Positions 11,036-23,333 of a stretch of 64,000 bases of DNA are shown here, piece after piece. Under the pieces are notes generated by a model that was not told the DNA's origin, did no database searches, and saw nothing but the letters and a program-made list of their open reading frames with translations. The number at the start of each line of letters is the position of its first letter. The stretch's first letter is position 1. The position numbers and the translations under genes were made by a program. This DNA comes from Octopus sinensis (lineage: Eukaryota): positions 9,610,001-9,674,000 of the forward strand of contig NC_043024.1 in the NCBI RefSeq assembly GCF_006345805.1, given 5' to 3'.

Positions 11036-12539
11036 ACACTTTCTGTCTCTCCCTCATCTTTTCCCTCTCTCTTTCTGTCTCTTCTCTCACTCCTCCCTCC
11101 CTTCCTTATCTGTCTTTTTGATTCTGTCCCCTCTTACTCTCTCCATCATCCGCTTTGGCTGTGGTTTCTACAACTGGAGGCCCTTCCGAATGCCAAACAA
11201 TTTACAGAGTGGACTGAGGGCTTTTTTACATGGCACAAGCATTGGTGGGGAAGAAGAATAACTGGTTGGGGTGGGGTCAAAGTGTTCAACAAAACCCTTC
11301 AAGGCAGTACCTCAGCATGACTGCAGTCTGTGACTAAAACAAGATTATACATACACACACATATATATATATATATATCCGATCGTGGCCGTTGCTAGCC
11401 TCGCCTGACCCCCGTGCTGGTGGCACATAAAAAGCACCATCCGATCGTGGCCATTTGCCAGCCTCGCCTGGCCCCTGTGCCGGTGGCATGTGAAAAGCAC
11501 CAACTACACTCATGGAGTGGTTGGCGTTAGGAAGGGCATCTAGCCTTAGAAACATTGCTAGATCAGACTGGGGCCTGGTGCAGCCTCCTGGCTTACCAGA
11601 CCCCGGTTGAACCGTCCAACCCATGCCAGCATGGAAAACGGACGTTAAACGATGATGATGATAACTGATAAGAGTGGTGTTAAGAGTAGAGTACAGAGAG
11701 GGGGGGAGAGAAATGGAGAGAGAGAGAGAAAGAGGGAGAGCAGTGGCTGAAGGCATTGAAGGGGATTGGTGGAAACGGTGAGCAGAGGTGATTATGAGAA
11801 ATGGAAGTGGTTTCTCTGGGGTGCGGCGAAGATAACCAAAACAGAAGGGATGTAATTTGTGCTGAATCTGTTCTCAGGTGATTACAGTATCCAAGTTGTA
11901 CCATCATCATCGTTTAACGTCCGTTTTCCATGCTAGCATGGGTTGGACGGTTCGACCGGGGGTCTGGGAAGCCAGGAGGCTGCACCAGGCTCCAGTCTGA
12001 TCTGGCAGTGTTTCTACAGCTTGATGCCCTTCCTAACGCCTAAAGCATCATCATCATCATCATTATAAACATCGTTATCATCACCACCACCATCATCATC
12101 ATCATCACCATAACTACCACGTAATATATATATATATATATATATATATCATCATCATCATCATCGTTAACGTCCGTTTTCCATGCTAGCATGGGTTGGA
12201 CGGTTCGACCGGGGGTCTGCGAAGCCAGGAGGCTGCGCCCAGCCCAGTCTGATCTGGCAGTGTTTCTACGGCTGGATGCCCTTCCTTATGCCAACCACTC
12301 CGTGAGTGTAGTGGGTGCTTTTTATGTGCCACCGGCACAGGGGCCAGATGGATAGAAAAGTGATAAGCATTAAGATGCAAGGGAAATGCTTGACAGGTGG
12401 CGGGGCTGCATGCACAAAGCATTGCCAAAATGGTCTGAGGAGATCATTTTTGCTGTTGTGGATGGCTCGTCTTGCACACAGCCACTCACCAATCATCTTG
12501 GTTTTGTCATCTCCTCCTCCGTAAAAGGGCTCAGCATTC

Positions 12540-12892
12540 ATTAGTCTGACGATGTCTTACAAACGACTTGCACATGCAAGTGCTACCAGTGAAAAACTCC
12601 GTATACCGGAAGCCAGCAAGTGTATGGGGTCATCAGGAGAGAATGCGCGCCGTTTCAGGGCCTACCTCTCGACGGCATCAATGCACACCGCCCCCCCCCC
12701 CTCACTGATATGAGGCCCCGCTTGCTAGATCAGCTGGTTATGAAGTTAAACTCAATATCCTTCTAGCCATCGCTCATCGTCTCTTTTTAGCCAAATCCAG
12801 TGGCTAGCCTTCTCCACTGTAGATTGGATATCAGTCATGGTGGTATTGACTTTACGATGAGTTAGGCCTAGCGATAACAACAGTCGTCTCAC
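12540..12892 (-). mobile_element. 3' end of a Hero/NeSL-type (RLE) LINE
   Basis: 12892-12752 translates to VRRLLLSLGLTHRKVNTTMTDIQSTVEKASHWIWLKRDDERW..*, matching the Hero C-terminal EKAS.W.WLKR motif; 3' UTR follows. Confidence 0.6.
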
Positions 12893-13769
12893 ACTGTGTC
12901 CAACAAACCCTCTACATCCGACTTCGATAGGAAAATGTTCTGCTTTCCAGCCTGCATCTTCACATTCCTCGAGGAGGTTTACATTAGTCTGACAAAATAT
13001 AGTTTGTTTTTCTCGGTTCTGTTGGTTGCGGGTCTCCCAGAACGTTCGTCAATATCAACATTTTTTTCAACCATCTTAAAAAAGCCTGAACCACTCTCGT
13101 ACACGTCTGTGCGGCTCGTACACTCCTCTCTTACTCTTTACTCTTTTACTTGTTTCAATCATTTGACTGTGGGCCATGCTGGAGCACCGCCTTTAGTCGA
13201 GCAAATCGACCCCGGGACTTATTCTTTGTAAGCCCAGTACTTATTCTATTGGTCTCTTTTGCCAAACCGCTAAGTTACGGGGACATAAACACACCAGCAT
13301 CAGTTGTCAAGCGATGTTGGGAGGACAAACACAGACACCCAACACACACACACACATATATATATATATACGACAGGCTTCTTTCAGTTTCCGTCTACCA
13401 AATCCACTCACAAGGCATTGGTCGGCCGGGGGCTATAGCAGAAGACACTTGCCCAAGATGCCACGCAGTGGGACTGAACCCGGAACCATGAGGTTGGTTA
13501 GCAAGCTGCTTACCACACAGCCACTCCTGCGCCTACATTTTCTGCAAATTTGCGTTGGCCTCTGAGCATGTATCGCCATGACAAATTTCTGTCATGGTTA
13601 ATGCGACGATCACACGCTACACACCTTCCTTCCAAGCACTGCTGTAAACTGAGGAAGTGAGCTAGAACTTGAAAACTTAGAACACATCCACAGCAGAGTT
13701 TCAAGTCAATCTTAGCCAAGCGGCTTCACTCTGCGTGCTTCAGACTCGTTACTTATTGATCAGACCTCG
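12893..13769 (-). mobile_element. Mariner 5' remnant interrupted by SINE A (13127-13535)
   Basis: TIR-like CGAGGTCTGATCAATAAGT at 13751-13769; HTH-region motif SRTDVYEWFRLF..DERSGRP. Confidence 0.7.
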
Positions 13770-14544
13770 CATACATCATCGTTTAACGTCCGTTTTCCAT
13801 GCTAGCATGGGTTGGACGGTTCAACTGGGGTCTGGGAAACCAGAAGGCTGCACCAGGCCCAGTCTGATCTGGCAGTGTTTCTACAGCTGGATGCCCTTCC
13901 TAACGCCAACCACTCCGTGAGTGTAGTGGGTGCTTTTTACGTGCCACCTGCACAGGTGCCAGGCGAGGCTGGCAAACGGCCACGATCGGATGGTGCTTTT
14001 TACGTGCCACTGGCACGGGGGCCAGTCAGGGCGGCGCTGGCAACGACCACGATCGGATGGTGCTTTTTACGTGCCACCGGCACGGAGACCAGTCGGGGCG
14101 GCGCTGGCAACGGCCACGTAGGATGGTTCTCTTACGTACCACCGGCACTGGTATCACAGCTACAGTTTCCTTTGATGTTGATCGATTTCGATTTTGATTT
14201 TGATTTTGATTTTTTATACATATACACACACGTCAAGAGAAGGGAGAAAGCTAGGAAAAGGCTGAGAGGGGGAGATTGAAGCTAAGGAAAACACTTCAAG
14301 GTTTTATGTTGCCAAGTAATGAGAGGAAAGGGAAGGGGTTGGGGGTTCGAGTTGAAGTGGTTACCGTCGTTAAATGGTTGCCAACGAAATACATTGACAA
14401 CCATCTTCAGATGTGTGACGTCACTGAGTAATGATAAAGACGAGGTTTGCCACTTAGATTCACGTTATCGTTCAATTCCGTTCACGTCTAGAATTGTTTA
14501 TAGGAATATTAAATCTACCCCCAGTATTTCACTGCTACTTTATT

Positions 14545-15062
14545 GATGGAAGCACTCCGTCGGTTACGACTACGAGGGTTCCGGTTGATCCGAATCAACG
14601 GAACAGCCTGCTCGTGAAACTAACGTGTAAGTGGCTGAGCACTCCACAGACACGTGCACCCTTAACGTAGTTCTCGGGGATATTCAGCGTGACACAGAGA
14701 GTGACAAGGCCGGCCCTTTGAAATACAGGTACAACAGAAACAGGAAGTAAGAGTGAGAGAAAGTTGTGGTGAAAGAGTACAGCAGGGATCGCCACCATCC
14801 CCTGCCGGAGCCTGGTCACAATGCGCTTCGCATTGTTTTAGCCTTCAAATGACGCCACCCCGCTGGCTAAGCGAGCAGGCCAATAGAATAATGAGTGAGG
14901 GAAAGTTGTAGCGAAAGAGTACAGCAGGGATCGCCACCCACCCCCCTGCTGGAGCCTTGTGGAGCTTTTAGGTGTTTTCGCTCAATAAACACTCACAACG
15001 CCCGGTCTGGGAATCGAAACCGCGAGTCCGCTGCCCTAACCACTGGGCCATTGCGCCTCCAC
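14545..15062 (-). mobile_element. tRNA-derived SINE family F, full length
   Basis: Head GGAGGCGCAATGGCCCAGTGGTTAGGGC...GTTTCGATTCCC; 11-bp TSD GCTACTTTATT at 14534-14544 and 15063-15073. Confidence 0.85.
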
Positions 15063-17020
15063 GCTACTTTATTAACCCCAGAAGGATGAAAGACAAAATC
15101 AACTCAAGCAAGTTTTGAACTCAGAACGTTAAAAGTCCATGACAAAACACTACAATCCAGTGATACCAAAGAAATTCCGACCACGACCATCCTGCCTTTA
15201 CTTTCACAATAATACATACATAGGCGCAGGAGTGGCTGTGTGGTAAGTAGACTGCTTAACGACCACACGGTTCTGGGTTCAGTCCCACTGCGTGGCACCT
15301 TGGGAAAGTGTCTTCTACTATAGCCTCGGGCCGACCAAAGCCTTGTGAGTGGATTTGGTAGACGGAAACTGAAAGAAGCACGTCGTATATATGTGTCTGT
15401 GTTTGTCCCCCCAACATCGCTTGACAACTGATGCTGGTGTGTTTACGTCCCCGTTACTTAGCGGTTCGGCAAAAAAGACCGATAGAATAAGTACTAGGCT
15501 TACAAAGAATAAGACCCTGGGTCGAGTTGCTCGATTAAAGGTGGTGCTCCAGCATGGCCACAGTCAAATGACTGAAACAAATAAAAGAGTAGAGAGAGGA
15601 TGGCAACGTAGCTGAGTCAATAAAACATCAGTTTCAGTTCTGAGTTCGAATCCTTCTTTCATCTGCCTGGGGCCAATACAAAAAAACCACAGCTCATTCC
15701 AAGATGATAGAGAGTAAGAATTGTTAGGGACTGTTTTTTTCTTCAGGTTCTGAAGATCTTGTGGAGTGGCTGTGTGGAAGTAGCTTGCTTACCAGCCACA
15801 TGGTTCCGGGTCCAGTCCCACTGCGTGGCACCTTGGGCAAGTGTCTTCTACTATAGCCTCAGGCCAACCAAAGCCTTGTGAGTGGATTTGGTAGATGGAA
15901 ACTGAAAGAAGCCCGTCGTATATATGTATATATATATGTATGTGTATGTGTGTTTGTGTGTCTGTGTTTGTCCCCCTAGCATTGCTTGACAACCAATGCT
16001 GGAGTGTTTATGTCCCCCGTTACTTAGCGGTTCGGCAAAAGAGACCGATAGAATATGTACTGGGCTTACAAAAAGAATAAGTCACGGGGTCGAGTTGTTT
16101 GATTAAAGGCGGTGCTCCAGCCTGGCCGCAGTCAAAATGACTGAAACAAGTAAAAGAGTGAAGTTCCGGACAATATCTGTCTGTGTGTTCTGCTAAGATG
16201 GCGTCTTTTGATAATATTATAAGAAAAACAACAGAGTGTTTTCAATTGTAACGGTTCCATAACAACTCTCATTATCTCGAAGCTTAGAAATTTCAATGAA
16301 CGCCATATTTTTAGAATGACATTGTAGAGTAGGTGTGAGAGGCTAACTCTGGCTGATTTGAATATAAAACAATATTTGAATCAGATGCGGCCAGTTTCAA
16401 TGCAAAAAAAATCAAATAATGGAATATAATACCAAAAAAATAAAAAAAAATTAGGCGTAGGAGTGGTTGTGTGGTAAGAAGTTTGCTTACCAACCACATG
16501 GTTCCGGGTTCAGTCCCACTGCGTGGCACCTTGGGCAAGTGTCTTCTACTATAGCCTCGGGCCGACCAAAGCCTCGTGGGCGGATTTGGTAGACGGAAAC
16601 TGAAAGAAGTCCGTCGTATATATATATATATATGTGTCTGTGTTTGGCAACCGATGGTGGTGTGTTTATTTCCCCATAACTTAGCGATTCGGCAAAAGAG
16701 ACCGATAGAATAAGTACTAGGCTTACAGAGAATAAGTCCCGGAGTCGATTTGCTCAACTAATGGTGGTGCCCCAGCATGGCCGCAGTCAAATGACTGAAA
16801 CAAGTGAAAGAGTATCTCCATGCCAGTCCAATATTTTCCGGTTTCCAAGAGAAGGTTAATTCTTTTACAGACGGTTTTGGCTTTTGTTCGACGATCTGCA
16901 TCTGCCGGAAGACATCATGTCATTGCTAAGTCTAACGTTTGTATCGATCTAGCGTCAACGATATCGATAATATTTCGAACATATCTACAGTGATCGACAT
17001 TTCCTTTTTTTTTTTTTGGA

Positions 17021-17121
17021 GNNNNNNNNNNNNNNNNNNNNNNNNNNNNNNNNNNNNNNNNNNNNNNNNNNNNNNNNNNNNNNNNNNNNNNNNNNNNNNN
17101 NNNNNNNNNNNNNNNNNNNNN
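17021..17121. other. Assembly gap (Ns)
   Basis: Run of n characters. Confidence 1.
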
Positions 17122-18260
17122 CACGGTAATTGTTACAATCATCACGGTCACTTTTATTTTTGTAAAGCGTAATGATGTTAGCATCCCGCATATTCTGAGG
17201 GACTGTACCCTCTTACCTGCACTGACACAGAAGCTCATGAATGTGCCGAAGCAGGATGGTGTTTTGCCGGTTTTGATGATCTCTAAGGGGATGCCGTCTT
17301 TTCCCGGAGCCTTGTTACTTGCTAGGGAGTCAATAGATTTGGTGAGCTCTGCTATAGATGGCAGACTGTCAAGTTCACACATGACTGGCAAGATCTTGAC
17401 ACCCTCGATTGCAGCCTCAGCTACCGTGGTCTCTCGTGAGTAGAGATCCTGGTAGTACTCCATCCATCTATCCATTTGCTTGCTTTGGTCCCTGATGAGA
17501 TCTCCAGTAGTTGATTTCAGAGGGGCTGAGGTATTTGCGGATGGACCGAGGGCCTTCTTCAAACCGGCATACATCCCACGGGTGTCGCCACTGTCAGCAG
17601 CTGACTGGATACCCTGACAGATTTCCTTTCAATACCCATTTGCATAGCGTCTGGCAGTCAGTTGGGTTTTATTTCTTGCCTTTCTGAGTTCTTCGTGCGA
17701 CTTTGTAGAAGAACCACTCTTGTATTGCATCAGAGCTGTACGCTTTGCTTCGATAACTGGTTCCAGCTCTGAGAGCCCAGCACTGAACAAAATCTGGGTT
17801 TTACCTTTCTCTCATTCCGAAAGTATCTATTGATGTGGTATACAAAGCTTCCCTGATATAATTCCACCTACTTTCAGCAGAGGAGGTTGGGCAGCTACTG
17901 GGGCAACCTTGATAAAAACAGCAAAATATTGTCGCAGTGTAGGTGTTCGAGGTTCTGGCAGTGTTAATGCGTGGTTGGCTAATTTTCTTGGAGTGATGGA
18001 CTTTTTAGGCAGAATCCTCACCCTTCTTATTAGTGAATGATCTGTCTCACAATCCGCGCTACGGGTCAGTTGAACAGAATTCAGAAAGGATCTTCGTGTA
18101 ATGATGAGATCCAACTGATGCCAGTGGTGAGATCTTGGATGTCTCCAAGATGCCTTGTGGGATGTCTTGTTGGGAAAGAATGTGTTGGTGATGCACAGGT
18201 TATGGTATGTGCAAAATTCAAGTAGTCTCTGGCTATTGTCATTCATGTTGCCAATACTAA
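17122..18260 (-). mobile_element. RTE-clade LINE remnant (end of APE endonuclease to start of RT), frameshifted and cut by the gap
   Basis: Motifs NLCITNTFF, WRHPRSHHWHQLDLII, ADCETDHSL, KAPGKDGIP and DANIITLYKNK.DR.DCNNYR. Confidence 0.9.
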
Positions 18261-18367
18261 AACACATACACTTACATATATACATACATATATATACGAT
18301 TGATTTGTTTCAGTTCCTGTCCACGAAATCCATATATATATATATATATATAATAATATATTATATA

Positions 18368-18419
<52 letters not shown>

Positions 18420-19171
18420 CACACACACACACACACAAGATAAATTGATAGATACAACTGAGTGGGCAAACAAAAATGTGAGACACTGCGTAGAGCTTTT
18501 TTAAATTTTGATAAGCCTGGTACTTATTCTATCAGTTTCTTCTTGTGAAACCAGTATGTTATGGGGATGTAAATAAACGAACACCAGTTGTGAAGCAGTG
18601 ATGAGGGAGAAACACAAAGACACACACACAGACTTACATACATACATACATATATATACGATTGATTTCTTTCAGTTTCTGTCTACAAAATCCACTGACA
18701 AGGCTTTGGTTGGTCTCAGGCTATAGTAGAAGACACATGCCAAGTTACCACACAGTGGGACTGAACTGAGAACCATGCGTTTTGGAACCATAAGAATGCA
18801 TAAATCTAAAATCTTAAATAATTTCTTTGTTATTGTAGTATATATCAGTAAAAAATGGAACATTCCCAAAATTGCATGATTAACTAAACGATTTTCATTT
18901 CTTATTTAAACGTGGCAATCCTCTTGAAAAAATTGAGAAAAAAAATCGATACTCAAAAACTGAACTTTCACGAACTGAATACTCGTCATGTAGTGCCTTA
19001 CTGCTTTCTGCTGGATTTTACCTCGAGAAAGGAACCCTGAGGAAGGAGGGCTGAATTTCGAATACTTCGTACAACAAACGGCTGCAGGTTAGGAAAAAAA
19101 ATTTAATCGCCTCTTTCAATTTAGGTTTTCATTTTTCATGTTTTTATTTGTATTTCATTGTTATGTTTATA

Positions 19172-19653
19172 TGGGTTGTCCGGAAAGTTCGTTCCGATTT
19201 TTAAAGGAAGTACATGGTCACTAAATACTCTTCCCAGAATTGGGGTGGTTTCAAGGCAAATAATTCATCAAGGTATCTTTTTACGTCATCTAAGGAATTG
19301 AAATTTTCACCATTAAGACTATTCTGCAGAGACCTGAATAAGTGGAAATCCGAAGGAGTAATATCTGGTGAATATGGAGGGTGGGGTAAGTCACCCCAGC
19401 CAAGCTGCAGCAATTTTTGTCTGGTTCCCAAAGCATCAAATGCCGATAATGAATTTTTCTCATCTTTTAATTTAAAGGTTTACAGAATTAACACAGGTTA
19501 TTGGAACATAAACCTTCTTCCACGAAAAGATAGATTAAACTGTGCTCCAAATGGAGGTGTAGTCAAATCCTATTTTATGGACTCAAACATGTTCTAAAAT
19601 AAGTCGAAAGATAAGCTACTATAAATCTGCAAGAACTTTCCGGACAACCCAAT
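19172..19653 (-). mobile_element. Internally deleted mariner element
   Basis: TIRs TGGGTTGTCCGGAAAGTTC / GAACTTTCCGGACAACCCA; HPPYSPDITPSDFHLFRSLQN motif. Confidence 0.9.
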
Positions 19654-20052
19654 ATTTTTATATTTTTATCATGAAATTCTTAATATAAATATGTGGATAT
19701 TCGTATGGAATAATACCTCATGTGCTACATCTGAATTTTCTTGTCTGAATGTTTTAAGACAAATATCTGAAATTTTTATCGTATACCACATTTTATTAAT
19801 ACTTAGCTCATATACGGAGACAAAAATGTTGTACTATATACTGCAGGTTATCTCCATTAGAATTATATTTAGCATTAGAATTCTTCAGGTAGTATAAAAA
19901 TGGTTATTGTCTGCATCATTCGAAAGCGAAATAAATTTTGCATAAGGTGTAAAAGATAAAAATAATTTGTATGGTGTTAGTAACAAAATATTTTGTAAGA
20001 AATAGAACTTTTATCGTCTGTCTTAAATATATTTTCGCCAGTGTATATATCT

Positions 20053-22635
20053 CAGGTCATCCCATAAGTTCTGTCTGAATTTTGGATAAATAATACAAGT
20101 GATCAAATGTTATATTTAATTGAAAGTTAATCATCAATGTACTTTCCCTAATTATCTATGACTTACCTCCATCTATTTACAAGCTTTTTAATCCCATCAA
20201 CGTAAAACTCTTTTGGTTTCAAAGCGAAGAACTCTGAAATGTCAGGTTCGACCTCCCTCTGGCTTGCGAAAGTTGTATCCCCCTACTAATTCTGTAAACT
20301 ATGAAACAAATGGTATCCTGAAGGAGTAAGGTCGGGAGAATAAGTTGGATGAAGAAATTTTTCCAAACCGACCCCTTCGATCTTCTGTGATGTGATCTTT
20401 GCAGTGTGGGGTTGCGAATTGTCCTGATGAAACATCACTCGTTTTCAACTCACTAAAGCGGTTCTTTTTTCCTTCAAAGCTTGGTTCAAACGCTCTAATT
20501 GCTGACAGTAGACTTGGGCATTGATTGTTGCATTAGGTGGTAACAATATAAAGTGAATTACGCCTTTGCAATCGCACCAGATAGAGAGTAGAACCTTTTT
20601 CCCATGAAGTTCCCTTCTCGGTTGTGGTTGAGAATTTTCCCTTTTACCAAGCCACTGTTTACGACGTCTAACATTTCGATATAAAATCCATTTTTCATCA
20701 CAAGTCTATCGAAAAATGGTGAAATGAGTTTGCGAGAATGGGTAGAAGAGCAAATGCCAACTCGGGATTTGCGGTTGCTTTCGGACAATACATAAGGCAC
20801 CTATTATCCAAGTTTAGGAATCTTTCCACGTTGTTGTAGATGACGATGAACTGTTGTATGGTTTGAAGTAAGCTTTATTGCCAATTCTTCAACTGATAAT
20901 GACGGATTTTCTTCAAGTAATGCCTCAAGGAGCTTGTCAAACTCAACTGGACATCCTGTTCGATATTCATCTTCAATTTTGCAGACGATCTCCTGCAAGT
21001 TCTTTCATTCGAGCACTTTGCCATTAACATTAACACAGTGTATGTTTCGAGTCACTTCGGCAGCAGTTACCTTTATTGTACTCATAAAGAATTATATGTG
21101 CCTTAAATGCTCCTTGGATACTTCCATGTTGAAAGGGGTTTTAATCAAAGCAATTTTAGGGTGTCCACGAAGTCTGGGTTTATGGAATAAAATCATAACA
21201 TAAGAAATAATAATTTTCCTTTTTTACTTTTGTTTAAATTAAATAAAAAAAATACTTTACTTTTCTAAATTTATTTGTTATTTTTTCTACAGATGATCGA
21301 ATGATGGCTCTGTCTAAAGAAGAAAGAATCCCAGATCGAATGATGAAGCTGTCTAAAGAAGAAAGAATCGAGTTAGTATTATTAAGTGGACTAGAGGGAT
21401 GGTCTTATCGCAAAATTGCGGAAGAATTTAATCTTCCACACCCTTGTAGGCAACCTATTTATTTTACTGCTGTCAGGAAATTGATCAAGACATTTAAAGA
21501 CACAGGCAGTGTTTCGGATAAACCCCGTTCCGGGCGACCAAATACTTCAGATGAAACTAAAGAGGCTGTCGAGGCTAAAGTTTCTGCTAGCTAGCCCCAA
21601 AAATCACTTCGTCGGACATCTACGGTGTTAGGTGTTCCAAAACCAACCATCCACAAAATGCTGGCTGAGGAAAAGTTTCATAGATACAACATACAGATAT
21701 TGCATCACTTAAATGAAGACGATCCTGATAGGCGAATGTAGACGTGCGAATGGTTTTCAGATAAATTGGATGAAAATATCAATTTTACGAAAAACTTTGT
21801 GTTGTTCAGTGACAAAGCTACGTTTTATGTAAATGGTGAGGTCAACAGACAGAATCTTCTATACTGGTCTCGAGGTAATCCACATTGGATGGATCTATCC
21901 AAACAGCAAGACAGCAAAAAGGTGATGGTGTGGTGTGGTTTTTGGAAAGCTCATGTTCTAGGACCTTTCTTCATTGAACATGTAACGGATGAGACTTATG
22001 CAAATATATTGAGAGACAAATTAATATCTTAAATTGAGCGCCTAGGCGAGGGCCTTCCGAATTGGTTTCAGCAGGATGGGGCCCCTACCCATTTTGCCAC
22101 AACTGTTAGAGATTGATTTAATGACACTTTTCCTCCTCACTAGATTGGAAGAAGGGGTCATATGGAATGGTCCCCTCGTTCACCAGACCTTTCTCCCCTT
22201 GATTTCTTTTTCTGGGGTATGTTGAAAGAGAAAGTTTACTCAATAAAGATTACAGATTTAAAACACACGAGAGAACGCATTACCAGTCAGTGTGCTTAAA
22301 TTGATGGCAATGTAGACTTATTTAATCAAGTTCACCTGAATTTTGCAAGGCGCATCAAGTTATGCATTGAAAATGATGGAAATCACTTTGAAAATATTAT
22401 TTATTAACATTATAATTAAATAAAATTGTTTTGTTTTAAAAGTATGTGTTAATTCCCATGTACGCAGTCTTTGTGGACACCGTCTATTATTATGTAAAAC
22501 AATATTGAATTAGTTTAAACGTACACAAATGCATAAAAATAATTTTTAATTGAATTACACATTTGCAAATACTATTAAATTTCATTCAAATCTAAAAAAC
22601 AGGTAAAATTGGACAGAACTGACTGGATGACTTGA
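20053..22635 (-). mobile_element. Decayed full-length mariner hosting a nested element
   Basis: Imperfect TIRs CAGGTCATCCCATAAGTTCTGTC / GACAGAACTGACTGGATGACTTG. Transposase remnants EDEYRTGCP, HQDNSQPH and YSPDLTPSGYHLF, with stops and frameshifts. Confidence 0.85.
21157..22484 (+). mobile_element. Tc1/mariner DD41D (rosa-type) transposon, pseudogenised
   Basis: TIRs AGGGTGTCCACGAAG / CTTTGTGGACACCG. Motifs RSGRP, FSD, KVMVW, FQQDGAP and SPRSPDLSPLDFFFWG; 41 codons counted between the 2nd and 3rd catalytic D; in-frame stops. Confidence 0.9.
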
Positions 22636-23333
22636 TATATATAATCTATGATATTCTAGTAAGTTTCAAGTTTGTAAAACCTTGATATCTCATGTTATCT
22701 CATTTTGTATGCCTAAGACGTTTATTTTCTATTCTGATTTTTATATATTTCTATACATTATATTTGTATCTATAATTTATTTTAAGCCGAAACATAATAC
22801 GATCCTTGTACGAACGAAAGAACAAGAATGTCCTCTGGAACGTTTATCTTCCACCGGCATTTGTAATCGATGGTGACATGTGCGATGATTTTGCGACAAT
22901 CTTATATTTTACAGAGAAATTGGAAGCCCCGAATGTAAGTCAGCGCTTTATGCATAATTCAATATTTATAGTTCTCTATTTCTAACAGAAATTCTGTCCT
23001 CAATAACTATAGATCTATTTCTAAATGTAATTCTTTTTCTTTTCGTTCATGCATTCCCGTCTGTCTCTTGACAAAGCTTTTTTTCTGCAGCGTTCACCAT
23101 GTCACCTCGTTAGGGTTAAAGAGCCCTTAGCGAAAATTTTGACTGTCCTGATTTTGTTAGCAGCTTTGACGTTCCACGTATGTCAAATTTTATCTAATTT
23201 GCTTTGGGAGAGCTATTGCTTTAACGAAGACACATCTTGTTGCAATGCGGAGTAAGTAAAACTGCCAACAACTGAAGGGTTGTTTTTCTGTTTATTTTTA
23301 TATGCTGCCTTCACGCTATAGTTCTCTATGAAA

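Noticed and set aside
15222-15300. tRNA genes at SINE heads (also 15000-15062, 34856-34935, 7655-7745)
   Set aside because: They have A and B boxes only and continue into multi-copy SINE bodies, with no complete cloverleaf.
16915-17574. ORFs spanning the N gap
   Set aside because: They are fused across unknown sequence; only the RTE part is real.
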